This document shows, piece after piece, positions 24,170-37,620 of a stretch of 64,000 nt of DNA. Source of the stretch: Octopus vulgaris (lineage: Eukaryota); the NCBI GenBank assembly GCA_951406725.2, contig OX597828.1, positions 29,760,001-29,824,000 on the forward strand, in the 5' to 3' direction. The notes below the pieces were generated by a model. That model saw only the letters and a list, made by a program, of their open reading frames with translations, did no database searches and was not told where the DNA came from. The position numbers and the translations under genes were made by a program. Position 1 is the first letter of the stretch. Every line of letters begins with the position of its first letter.

Positions 24170-26384
24170 AGTTTATTACACGCACACAGATACACGCAGA
24201 CACACTCAGACACATACACACACTCTCTCTCTCTCACTCACACACACACACACTGACGTACACACACAAGATGTGTCCGCAGCTTTGAACAAAATTGTTA
24301 TTTGTATTAACTGTAATTTCAATTAAACATCAAACGAATTTTATGTATCGTAGGTTAAAACGTGATAAAAATCAACAAAACAATTATTTCACACGGCTAC
24401 CCATAGCAGTATAACTGACGCCTTATATATGATATGAAATTGTATCTGTTTATGTATCTATTTAAATATTGTTTCAGCCATTCATTAGTAAAATAGGTTG
24501 TCAGAGTAGATGCTAGATTGTTCATTGTTGCGTTGTTTCCTGTTGAAAATTCAACGATGTCATAGGACTTAGAACGCAACGCCATCTTTATTTATTAATG
24601 GAAGTTAAATAAATATTAAAATATTTACAGACTTAAAAAACGAATTCGGTCATACATTTGCATATTACATATAATATATTTTATTTTTGTCGAGTCTCTC
24701 ACATGTTACTCTGAGATTTCTACTCAGGGTTTCCGCCTGAAGATCCTAAGTCCTCAAAACTCAGATTAGCAAGACAAGACTGATTCGATTCCAACTGAAT
24801 ATATTATTAATCATTACCCCTAAAATTTCTTTTCTTTTTTCCAACAATTAACACTAAGCGTGTACATATGTGTGCGTGTGAGTGCGTGTGCTTATGAGGG
24901 TGACTGTGTATGTGTGTGTGTGCGTCGGTGTTCCGCCAAACCTGACCTTGCTTTCTTGGTTCGACTACCATCCGTGTAAAATTTCTTATATTCCTTCCCA
25001 TGACCTTCATCTCTTATGTCCCTGCTGTAAGGTTTCACTTCCATACACGCCAGCTTAATTTACTTGGTCCTTAGTCGAAAGACACTTGTTGTTAATGTCC
25101 TGTTGTTTGTATTTGTAATTGCATACTATTTCTCCATTGTTTTCGTATAAATTCGCTTGCTTTCTTCCAAGGAGTCAAGTGCTCTTAGCTTAGATTTTCT
25201 TGGGGCCGGCCAGATTGGAGTAGACTCGAGTTAAAACCAGCCGAAACTGCAACGACGATCTGGAACTCGACTGAAGATAGAACGTTCCAAATGACCAGTC
25301 TTTATTTTTTTCTGTGCTTTTTTGTATAGTCTAACAGTCCTGATGTTTTGTTGTCGACTGTTGCGTTCTTCTTCCATTTTTTGTTTTGTTTCGATTTATA
25401 TATATATACATACACACATTCACACACACACACACACACATACACATACTCACACACATATAAATATATATATCAACGGATGGATAATGTGTCAGTCCAC
25501 TTCAGGTTAGAGGCTAGGTAGAGGAGAATCAGATAGTAAAGCATCTCGTCCCTACAATTAAAATAGAGTTGCTTTCTTTTATCTTTTATTTCTATTCAGT
25601 AAGTGATTTATGAGCTAAGTAAAAACGTAAAGGTCATCCATTTATTTATATATTTATTTAACAGCCCCCTTTAAGCCGTAAAAGAGAGACAGTAAGTGCA
25701 AGATGCGTTGATAGACTATCAAATTAGTGTAGCCGTCATATAAATAATTAGAGAGGTAAAGAAGTATACAATGAAAAAGTATATGAAAGTAAATGGATAA
25801 TAATAAAAAAGGATACCCTACTACATCCTCTTAACACTTTCATTGCTATAAAACTTCGTTACCCCACTGCTCACGCCTGACATCGGGGTATTTTCTCCTA
25901 CAATTTTACCAACCTAACAAATTCCTTCTATGACCAGCAATGGTCATAGGATCATGAAGTGGCACAAGCTGTTGGCTTTTGAATGTTTTTAAATGTTATG
26001 ATTCATGTATCCACCTGATGAAAACAGCTTTTTCTCATGATCTAAAGTCTCCATTAATAAATTTAAAAGTCGCTCGAAACAATAGTAGTGAACTGACACG
26101 TTATCCATCGTTCGTTGTTTATTCATTTGTTATTCGCCTCCCTCGAAACCTGCTCCTTGCGTAGATCCGAAGTACGTATATTATGGACCGTACATTTATT
26201 ACAATGTGCGTTTTCTAATTACCCTCTGGGCTATTAATAAACTCAATCGGGTTCAGTCGTATACATAATCTGAATATCTTTCTATCTGTACTTCGGTACC
26301 CTCGCATGCATTCCTCTATTTTCATTGTGTACATATTTCATTTTTTTACTCGACTCAGTGCCTATTTCACTCGAATCCTGATCT

Positions 26385-26720
26385 ATCATAGGATCGCGGT
26401 TTCGATTCCCAGACCGGGCGTTACGAGTGTTTATTAAACGAAAACACCTAAAGGTCCACGTGGATCCGGCAGGGTGCGGTGGCGAACACTGCTGTATTCT
26501 TCCACCGCAACTTTCTCTCACTCATTCTTCCTGTTTCTGTTGTACCTGTATTTCAAAGGGCCAGCCTAGTCACACACTGTTTCACGCTGAATCTCGTTAA
26601 GCGTACGCGTCTCTGTGGTTCTGTGGTGTGCTTAGCCACTTGCACGTTAATTTCACATGTAGGCTGTTCCGTTGATAGGATCAACTGGAACCCCCACCGT
26701 CTTAACCGACGGAGTGTCAC
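26385..26720 (+). mobile_element. SINE family C
   Basis: B-box-like ggtttcgattccc and tail ctgttccgttgataggatcaactggaac shared with 53620-53925 and 15380-15700. Confidence 0.75.
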
Positions 26721-26750
26721 GATATATATATATATGTATATATATCCTCA

Positions 26751-27540
26751 CAGGGTGTTCTGTCTAAAGTTGATAGTTTGTGTGTAAAAGGAAAAGAAAC
26801 AGAACATCACTTTCCAAAATAAATTATGATTGTGGCAGCGAGATAACAGCTTACTCAAGGTATCTGCCATCAGTTCCCACAACGCCTGTAAGATGTCTCC
26901 GGAATTGGCGAGCGTCGCTCACTATGTCCCTGAAAATTTTTTCAAGGACCTCCCTAGCTCTTGGACACCAGCTTGTCCCTGGTGTTGCACATAGAACAGT
27001 TGGTGTCTTTCTCAACCACTTCCCACATGTAGTAATCCATCGGATTACAATCGGGGAAATTACGAGGCCAGAAGTTGAGGTTGGTCAAACTGAAAAAATT
27101 TTCCGACAACCACTTCTGCCTCTTTCCAGATTTATGGCAAGGAACCGAATCCTGCTATCATTCATATGGCCTCCAAGCAGTAACCATCTCCAGATACCCT
27201 CACGTGATCGTCTGAACTCAGCTTAAGGCCCTGTTCAAAGATTCGGGGTGGCATGATGCAATCAGAATAACTGCTAAGTTCTGTCCTGCTCACCATGGCC
27301 TCGTAGTCGCCGTCGTTAATATCATGTCTTACAGTCTTTACAGTTGGCATTTTGAGACCTGGTACGAATCATCACGTGACAGGTAACTCTCTTCAAATAT
27401 TCGGATGGCATCCAATCCTTCATGTCAGCCAACATTTATCGCTTCTACAACTTTAAACATTTATGATCACTAGCGACGCTGACTGTTCACCAAGGCTTCA
27501 AAATGTTCTATAAAAAAGAAGACACATAAAAAAATCATTA
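26751..27540 (-). mobile_element. Degenerate Tc1/mariner transposon, DD37D (maT) type
   Basis: Minus-strand translation QDSVPCHKSGKRQKWLSENFFSLTNLNFWPRNFPDCNPMDYYMWEVVEK has 37 residues between the second and third catalytic Asp. A TIR-like cagggtg lies at about 26751. The frame has stops and deletions. Confidence 0.8.
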
Positions 27541-27732
27541 AATTTAGGTAGTACACAATGCATCTATAATATAATATGATATAATATAATATAATATAAT
27601 ATAATATAATATAATATAATATAATATAAATATATTTGTAAATAGTAAGGGATTACTGCAAACGTTTAGCGGTTTGCTCTCATTGGGTATTGAAAATAGG
27701 TTATTGTTGATATATGTGCGCGTGAGTGTGTG

Positions 27733-27874
27733 TTTGAAAGAATGAGTAGAGATGGCTCTTTTTGCGGGAATACTTTTTAATTTAATCTTTATAATAGCGT
27801 TTAAACAGTACTATTAAGATTAAAATATAAATTATCTCCTCAAAAAAAAAGCCATCTCTACTCATTTTTTCAAA
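27733..27874. repeat. Imperfect inverted repeat between microsatellites
   Basis: tttgaaagaatgagtagagatggct... (27733-27789) pairs with ...agccatctctactcattttttcaaa (27816-27874). Confidence 0.75.
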
Positions 27875-28089
27875 TATTTATAATACTATACCAAGAACTT
27901 TCTCTTTGTCATCCTACTATATATATATATATATGTGTGTGTGTGTATTTGTGTGTTTGTGTGTGTGTGTGTGTGTTTGTTTTTGTGTGTGGATCAAACA
28001 CTTATGATTCAAACTTCATGGTGCTCTGATTTTCCATTTTGTCGCTAGTCGTCGGCCTTTAGGAGTTTCAATGAGAGTTAGCTGGAAGA

Positions 28090-28763
28090 GAGCCAATGTT
28101 TATAACACCATCCGATAGCATTGCTAGGCACTATACGGGCGTGACAGCCAATGACTTCAAGGGAAGATACTCTCAACACTTGCATTCATTTAGAACTAGA
28201 AACAGACAGAACTCCACTTACCTGTCACGCTCTCTCTGGAGACTTCGTGTCCTCCGAGATGAAACACCCAGCATCAAGTGGGCTATTGTTGAGAGGGCGC
28301 CACCATATTCACCCGGCGCCCCTAATTTCCAGGTCAGCCTCCGTGAAAAACTGCATATCATCTACCAACCCACAGTATCCATCAACAAGAGATACGAGGT
28401 ATCGTATTGCTCTCACCAGAGGTACACGCTTCTGGTAAACTTCAAGCCATTGGATTCCGACAATATGTGGGCATATTCATGTACACATATACTTATATAC
28501 TCCCCCATCTACCATCCTTTTCTATTTTCATCGCAACTACGCGAACGATTTCCTGTCTATCACGCGGTCAATTTCCTGTTCACCATGCGGTATTTTCTAA
28601 GTAATTGTTGTCGCTGATATACCAGCCTCAAACTGCAACATAACGTGACCTTCCTGGATCAATCACAGGCTTACGTCCAGTTATAAACACAGACTCCTGA
28701 TCGCCGGAGACTAGTCATGCGCTTGACACTCAAAGTATCAAGGAGTTTGAATTAAACGATGTG
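28090..28763 (+). mobile_element. Penelope-like element 3' end: GIY-YIG endonuclease remnant plus pLTR with decayed hammerhead
   Basis: ORF 28096-28617 (YTGVTANDFKGRYSQHLHSF...STYLSRSLW...IKWAIVERAPPY...SLREKLHII...INKRYEV.YCSH) resembles the PLE GIY-YIG C-terminus. A degenerate hammerhead lies at 28691-28748 and the element ends in (TA)-rich sequence. Confidence 0.75.
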
Positions 28764-28992
28764 ATATATACATATAACTCCCAATATATGTGTTGAGTGC
28801 CTTCCTTCCGTTTGTCCACTCATTTGTGTGTATATATATATTTATGTATATATATATATGTAAATATATATATATGCATACATCTATACACACAGAGAGA
28901 CATATATGCACAAATACACGCGCGCGCCCACACACACATATAGGCGCATATATATATGTCTGTCTGTCTGTATATATGTATGTATGTATGTA

Positions 28993-29076
<84 letters not shown>

Positions 29077-29612
29077 TGTAAAAGGTTGAATGTAGATTCG
29101 TCCATTTTGTTTGGAGGTTCCCAAAAGAGATTTCTAATGTTGATTCTTTACAGGCGTAAATTTGCGAAGATATGGAAGTAATAATTGTATATAATTATGG
29201 AAAGAAGCCCCATAAAACTCATCAATTTGTTTTAACTAGTTGTTAAAATCTATAAGAAGTTTAATTTTTACAGGCGATCATTTCGTACAGAGATATAAAG
29301 ATAATTATGCAAATTCATGATTGAATTAAATTAATTTAATAAAATTAATTAGATATGTCAATGTACTCTTCAGTGCAGGAAGTATAAACAAAAATACAAT
29401 GAATTTGAGAAGGAAAATAGTAGAAAATTTTAATCTTGGAGATTCATATTTTTATCCATAAGACAAGATGTAAGTCTTGTTGGATATTTAACCATAACTC
29501 AGAGTTATGTCAAAGTCAGGTAGAAATTGTTTCGCCTTGAGCGGTGGTGGGAATATACATTAAAACAGAAAATTAGGCGCAGGCGTGGCTGTGTGGTAAG
29601 AGGCTTGCTTCC

Positions 29613-31945
29613 GCGCAAGCGCTGCGCAGTGTTTTTCTTTTCACAGCTAGGTGTCACGACGCTGTACACCAACGTCGTGAAATATTGAACAAGTGAAGCA
29701 CAACTACAAGGTAAGACATTTGTATTATGAGTATTCAGTGGGGGTTTGTTGCCCGTGTTTATTTATTTTGTCGAACAAGAAATTTCCACTGAGTTCCGGG
29801 CATTTGTCTGCCTGTAGTTGAGCTTAGAGTCTCACTTAGCGGTGAGAAGTGTGTTTTGGGGGTGCATCTGTCGTCCAATAATTGCGAACATTGTGCTTAT
29901 TTTCTACCCATTTTTGGTGAAATTGTGTGACTGTTTTGTACCCTGGATTACCAAGTGGATTAACGAGTTGGCCAGGAGTACCAGGACAGCCAGAAGAACA
30001 GTTTGCTGTGTTTTTGAAGTTTTTCTGTCTTCTTCCTTCCTTCCTTCATTTGGACTTCTGTTTTTCTTTGAACCTTTCCCCCCAAAAAACATGGCAAAAA
30101 TGATGAACAATATTGCGTTGGAGTGGGAGATTTTTCCCACCCAAACAGGGGATGAAAGACTTTGATGAGAGGACGATGGTGTTGAGGACTTACTCAAAGT
30201 CGCTCGACACCAGCGCCCTCTTTAAAAATATACGAATTGAAAAAGAGTTGGCAGAGTATCTATCATCTATAAAATTTATTTCCAGGGGTTCAAGTATGCA
30301 ACGGTGTGGTTGCTATTTGACACCCCTGAAGAGGCTAGCAAATTTGCGAGCCAGCCCTTTGGGAGCAAAGAGATTTTGTTTCTTCCCACGTATTGTGGGA
30401 AGAAGTTGACAAGACCTTGGTTCTGCGGGTTACCCCCTGGGATAGAACCCGAGTGGGTAGAAGACACTATCCGCCGGAGTCTAGGTGGCAGCGGATCCAA
30501 GCTTCTTAATGTAAAAATGTTGCCGGCGGTTGATCGGGTTGGGTCAAAAGCTGTTTTTCATACTGAGGGACGCCTCCCCAAGTGCCACCTGAGCCTGGAA
30601 CCAGGCCACATTGAAAAGAACTGTTCCCAGGACCAGAGCTGTGACCTGGAAGAGTTGGTTGAGGAAGAGCTTCCCCTCCTCCTCCGGAGGGTGAGAAGGT
30701 GATGGTCGAGGATGTGGAGGCCTCCTCGACGAAAAAGGGGCGAAAGAAGAAGAAGGTAGGTGGCAATGGTTGCCCACCGAGGGATCCTAAGGCTGCGGAA
30801 GGGAAGGAAAATCTTCCGAACAGAACGGAAGACCTCCACCCCTCCCGTGGCAAAAGAAAAAAGAGAAGAAAAACGGGGCATTGCCGGCGGTTAATAAGGC
30901 ACTGCCGGCATGTCTCGAAACTCTGTAGGTTGTACTTGTGCCACCGACGGAAGAAACTGTGGCCCTTTACTAAGTGATAGACGAGGAATTCGTAATCCCA
31001 TTTGGAGGTGCTAGTGGACACGCCACATGATCTATGGTGTGGAAGAAGAGCTACGGCGTATGCGGATGACATCTCCATCATCGTGGCAGATGAGGGCCAG
31101 CTTCTAGTGGTGGAAAAGGCCATTAAAAGTTACAAGGCGGTGGCAGAAGCAAAGGTTAACAAGGACAAGTTGATCGGTTTGAAACTCGACACATGGAGGG
31201 GCAATCCGATGGCTTCCAATCACGTCGTGGGGCGTTGGATGGCAGGTCCTGTTAAGCTGCTTGGAGTTTTGATTGGTCCAGACTTCCAGATAGAGAAAAA
31301 TTGGAGTAAGGTGGCTAGCAAGGTAACTGCTCTTACCCAGACCTGGTCTGGGCGGGTGTTATCCTTGCTAGGGAGGGTGGAGGTGTGCAGATGTTTATAG
31401 CATCAGTAATCACCTACCGTATGACCGTGGTGCCTTGCCCTGATTTATGACTGAACAAGTTGGAGAGAATCCTTTTCCGCTTTTTGTAGAAGGGAGGAAA
31501 TCCACTTGTGAAGCGCTCTACCTGCTGCCAGAAAACGCTGAAGGGTGGGTTAGGGATGCCTTGGCTGAAGATGCGAAAATTGGCGTTTAGGTTGAGGCAA
31601 CTCTGAATTTACCTGGATGGAGAGCAGGTGTGGTCACACGCACGTCCGGTTCTATCTTCCGCAGTTAACGTCTTTAACGGACATGGGTACATGGTTCAAG
31701 CAGAGACCTAGAATAGGGAAGTGGCAATTGGAGTGCCGTCAGGCACTTCAGCCACTCTCTCGGGCGGGCAGTGCCAGCAGCAGGAGTTCAACCGAGGATT
31801 TGTATAGCGGATTAGTAGAGACCATGTCCGAAGACACCTTGGGGGAGACCCTGGGCTACGATGAAAATCATTTCATCAACCCGTTCAGGAGAACGTTCGG
31901 GCCGGGCTATCTGGATAATTACCAGAAATCCCTGGCTTGGTTAGG
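29613..31945 (+). mobile_element. Tx1/L1-like LINE, internally deleted: 5' UTR, ORF1 remnant, RT remnant
   Basis: ORF1 from 30091 has a degenerate zinc knuckle, CHLSLEPGHIEKNC. ORF 31002-31400 has YADDISII...AKVNKDK...VKLLGV...LSLLGR and downstream GGLGMP. The APE domain and RT N-terminus are missing. Frameshifts and stops are present. Confidence 0.85.
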
Positions 31946-32159
<214 letters not shown>

Positions 32160-33106
32160 CGTATACATGATTATCACTGTGGGCGTGTTTGCGCGCGCGC
32201 GTTTTCTACTGTCGCGAATAGAAAATAAAAGCTATCAACATAAACTTACCGTTATATACATCATTTACAAAATTTGATTTTCGTCATTAAAATAACAAAA
32301 CAAAATCGTGTTATAGAAATTGGAAAGAAATATCGATAATGGCATTCATGTCGTTGTTAAATGAAAAGCAATGCTATTTTGCTATAGAATTTTGAATGAT
32401 ATTCGCCCAATTTAAACATAAAAGATGTTGAATATAATCTGCGTACTTTTACGATTTACTCTTCGTATATTATTTAAGACATATTTTTGTACTAATTACT
32501 CTTGGGATACCATCAGATGAAAAGCTTTCCTCGCTGAACGTTCATTCGAATTAAATTAAAAAAATGAGTTTTATTATAAAGAAGGAGATATTATTTTAAA
32601 ATACTAATGTGTGAAATAAAAAGGTTCGTTAAAGTGAGACGGAATAAAATGTACTCGGTGACTCTTTTCCGTAGACTTGATGAGTCGGCATAATCAAAAT
32701 CGTGTCTCTGGTTTGCCTGGCGTTTATCTTTTACAATTGGTTTTGCCTGTGAGGAAATATGCGCATGCGTGACTTGTGACGTTAAGATATTCGCATTGCT
32801 ACCAATTAGATTCGGGTTCAGTCCCTCTGCACGGCGCCTTGAGGGTATTGTCTTCTACTATAGACCAAGGCCAGCCAATAGAGCGTGAGTGAATTTGGTA
32901 GGCGGTACTCTGTCGAAGCTCATGTATGTGTGTGTATGTATATATGTAGGTGTATGCGTGACGATGTGTTTGTATTTGTCTTCAGCACTTAAAAACCGGT
33001 GTCGGTTTGTTTACATCTCCGTAAGTCAATTTGCCCACTTAAAACATTTAAGCCGGTACCACATCATGTAAAATTATAATATCTATCTATCTGAACACAC
33101 AAAACA

Positions 33107-33195
<89 letters not shown>

Positions 33196-33986
33196 TTTTA
33201 TAAGTTTCAGCCGAAAGGGTGTAGCTATACTTGGGCACTGCCAATAGACCGGCGGAGCAACACGACTCCGTTCTCATTCATCAGTGATAGATCCTCCCAT
33301 TATTTCACCATTTTTGTGGCTTATCAACATCGTGTACTTGGATCATACCTGATTATATATGTGTGTGTGTGTGTGTTTATGTGTGTGTGTGTATGTATGT
33401 GTGTTTGCGCGCGTATAATGTAAATGTGTGCACGTATGTGTGTGTTCTTCTTTTCTATGATACTAAGTTGTTCATAAAAATTCAACTACTCAGAACAATT
33501 GTTTTGATTATGAACCTTATCCAACTTTAATGTGATTGTTTGGGGTTCTTCCCGCTCAACTCTGGCTCACTCGATCAATTCTACGATCAACTATTTATCT
33601 CACGTGCTCCGTCCCTTTCACTGAGCGAATGATGTTCTTTGAATAAGATTTTTTCTGCTAATTCTCATAGAATGTGTTACCGCGTAAAAGTTCGTTGATG
33701 GATTTCCCTGCTTAATTCTCACAAAAATGCGTTATAAGTGTTCCCGATTGGTTCGTACTGGCCAACAGTGAAACACTTAAATTTCCAATATTTCATGTGG
33801 ACTGAAATAGTGCAACAGAACTTTTGAATCTCTTGAGCATGTATGAGAGCTGTGGCTGAAAATTTCTATGTGAACCAGTTTTTGATTGGTCACTGATTGA
33901 AGGAGTGTTGTTTATTGAAAGTATTTGAATAACGAAGATACTTAACGCTGAATTTGTCTCTCTCTTTTTGTTCTCTTATTTGACAG

Positions 33987-34012
33987 AAAAATTTGATATC
34001 GTACGACACCAG
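33987..34012 (+). other. Candidate 26-nt spliced microexon of an unidentified host transcript
   Basis: Branch-like cttaac/ctgaat at about 33941-33953, a pyrimidine tract ending in tgacAG (33985-86), and a CAG|GTGAGT donor at 34013, all in non-repeat sequence. Confidence 0.35.
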
Positions 34013-34095
34013 GTGAGTCAGCTTTAAAATCATCAAAGCAAATGTTTATACACATAAAAAATACTCTTTTTTATATGAAGTATTGCTAAAATATT

Positions 34096-34307
34096 CTTTT
34101 CTACTCTAGGCACAAGGGCCGAAATTTGTAGGAGGCGGATTGTCGATTACATCGTTCTCAGTGCATAACTGGTACTTAATGTTTCGACCCCAAAGGATAA
34201 AAGGCAAAGTCGACCTCGGTGGAATTTGAACTCAGAACGTAAAGACGAACGAAATACGGGTAAGCATTTCGCCTGGCGTGCTATCGCTTTTGCCAGCTCG
34301 CCGCCTT
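34096..34307 (-). mobile_element. SINE family B with imperfect 17-bp TSD
   Basis: agtattgctaaaatatt at 34079-34095 and agtatcgctgaaatatt at 34308-34324. Confidence 0.85.
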
Positions 34308-34796
34308 AGTATCGCTGAAATATTACTCCTTCGATGACGGTAGCAATGAAACAATTTAGGCCACGTCTGAATGCTGTAGAAAACTGCTAAGTGTTAGGAA
34401 GAATAATATTTATTTAATGATGAATCGCTCAACATATATGTTACAGGGAAAACCCAATAAACGATAGAAACCTTTAGAACCTTTGACGTCAGCGTTCATC
34501 AATACAAGACCATAGATCAGGGCCGAAAGGGGATTAAATTACTGCATGACAGGAAAGGGTTGGCGTGGTAATTCTACAAACTCTCACTCCGGTCATTCAT
34601 ATAAATAAGCCAACAAATTATACTACACATAAACAAGCCTATAAAATAGCTTATTTTATACCTGTATCGATACGCATAATGTGTGCGTGTGTGTATATGT
34701 GTGTGAGTAAATATATATATACAGCGTGCGGTGAATAAACTGTCGTCTAAATTACGCAAAAATGAAAATAACACTGACCGTCTTATTTATTTACAT

Positions 34797-34865
<69 letters not shown>

Positions 34866-35544
34866 ACGTATAAATGTATGTGTTGCATGTTTTTTCACTG
34901 GTGCGTGTGTGTCTGTATACAGAAGCATAAATCGATAATGCATCTGTATATATGTAAAAGTTTATATTTACATATTTGTTAGAAAGATACATATAGAGAG
35001 ATGAATTATAGAGTTTTTATCACAGGCAGAAAATATCTTTATAGGTTTAGTGACATTTTCAAGAATTTTATAAAAACAAAATGTTATTAAGATGTCATAT
35101 TTCATACTATCTACCCTTTTAATGTTGACTTTATGCAACGATATAGAAGAAGGAATCTGTAATAAATTGTTCTTACAAGGTCAAATGAAACCAAATGCTT
35201 TTCTTTTAAAAGTTGCTCGCATCCATCACCAATTCTTATCTCATGCAGTAGATCAGTAAAATTGAAGATTTGATATGGATACAGCGTAGAGATATATGTA
35301 AGTATTTGTATGGGGGAAAAAAAACGAAAAGAGAAAACTAAACAAGAAAACATATAAACAAACGTATAACAACATTTTTAAAATCTACGAGATTTTAATC
35401 ATAGCTAGTCGACTGGCATGTCGTTATCGATAAGTTACAAGACTCTTTGCCGAATGTAAGTGAAAATTTGAAGAACAACTCATAAAAAAGATTAATGCGT
35501 GTGTCTATGTATGTGTACACAATATACATATATCTATATCAATA

Positions 35545-35583
<39 letters not shown>

Positions 35584-35746
35584 CTATATCTGTATATCTA
35601 TATATATATATCCACATACATGCATTAATGCAAGTATATATTGAGAGAGAAGCTGTTAATAAGAAATATAAACAGGAAAATACACTCATGTAGAACTCTC
35701 CTATTTTGCTCATACCCGTATCTGCTTAATATACATCGTAGCATAG

Positions 35747-35874
<128 letters not shown>

Positions 35875-35887
35875 ATATAAACATCTG

Positions 35888-35945
<58 letters not shown>

Positions 35946-36108
35946 CATCTGCATACATACATATATATACATATATATAGTTATAAGAATTGTATCTTAT
36001 ATAGATAGCATATATATATATATATATATATATACATAATTCGCGCGTACACCCCCCCCACACACACACATATGTGCGCCTGTGTATGTATATCTATCTA
36101 TCTATTTA

Positions 36109-36143
<35 letters not shown>

Positions 36144-36984
36144 AGAGAGAGAGAGAGAAAGACAAAGCGAGAAAGAAAGAAGGAAAGAAAGAGGAAAGAG
36201 AGAAGGGGAAGACAGTGAGTAGTGAGGATAAGAGAGAAGATATTTCTTCGTGGAAGATATTTCTCAAGATTTGATCTTTAAAATGATACGTACTGTCGAA
36301 ATATGAAATATTTCATAGTACTTAGTTTGAACACAACGCATAACATTTCCTTATTTTTTCTTTCTGTCTTTACGTATACATCACGAGATTAGCATTCAGC
36401 TATCAAGTTTTAGAATCAGTGCCGTCAACAGCGCTTACTAATTCAAAGAACCTGTATTGGCTGAAAACAGATGTTTTTGACATCACGAACTACAGATCTT
36501 AATCCCTTAAGCATTCTACCAATCCAAATCATATCTATGCTTCAGAATAAGAAATAATCCGCACCGCATTAACACACACGCACACTTGTCTTATAGTAGT
36601 TAAAGAATTATGTTTCGCAAGATATTAATAACTATTCGTTTCAAAGTAAATGTCCAGAATATATTTCCTTATGTAAAAACATCTTCATGTATTCGAAAGA
36701 AAATATGATTTCCATATTTATGAATAAATTTGTTTTAAATATAGTCGATAATGTATTGATACAGTCTGATAAGAACAGGATTAATTTAGTTAATTAAGTC
36801 AAGATTTTCGAAACAAGAAGCACCGCTGATGCTTGAATTTATTTCAAACTGCTTATAACGTATAGCATTATTGATTTCTTATTTGGCGCAATGTTGTCAA
36901 TATCTCGGTAAAGGGTAGAGTCGCTTGAAACAGAGCCAGTATATTACTGATAATAAGAAACATGTCTAGACCAGCCGTCTTATA

Positions 36985-37620
36985 ATCCTTTCTGCTATAG
37001 GCACAAGGCATGGAATTCTGGTGAAGAGGAGAGTTGGGGAAGCAGTCGATTACATTGACTCCGGTTCTGAAATGGTATTTATTTTTTCGACTCCGAACAG
37101 ACGAAAGGCAGAGTAGATCTAGTCGGAATTTGAACGCAGAACGTGTGAGCCGAAAGAAATGCCGTTAAGTATCTTCTCGGCAGCTCTGGTGATTCTGCCT
37201 TGTCCAGCCGTCTATTATTGGTTCGAGATTTTGGCACAAGGCAAAGAGTTTAGGGAGTTTGTCGATTACATCAACTCCAGTACACGACAGGTACTCATTT
37301 TATCGACCCCGAAAGGATGAAAGGCAAAGTCAATCTCGGCGGAATTCGAACTTAAAACGTAAAAACAGATGAAATCAGTTGAACAGTTTTGTTAGCGCTG
37401 TAACGATTCAGCCAGTTCACCACCTTCCAGTCGTCTAATACTACAGGTCCATTTAATGCGGCGAGATGACAAAATTGTTAATGACTAGAGCATTTTGTCC
37501 TTTATATTTTGATTTCAAATGCTGCCAAGGCCGACATTGCCTTTCATGATTTCGGGGTCGATGTAATTGACTTACTACCTCCCACGAAATTGCTGGCCTT
37601 GTGCCAAGATCTGAAACCAT
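36985..37620. mobile_element. Cluster of three SINE B copies (-, -, +)
   Basis: Copies at about 36987-37200, 37220-37426 and 37455-37620. Confidence 0.8.

Noticed and set aside
33195-33295. Minus-strand CUGAUGA...GAAAC as a hammerhead
   Set aside because: The GAAAC belongs to a SINE A tail fragment about 75 nt away, and there is no credible stem I or II pairing.
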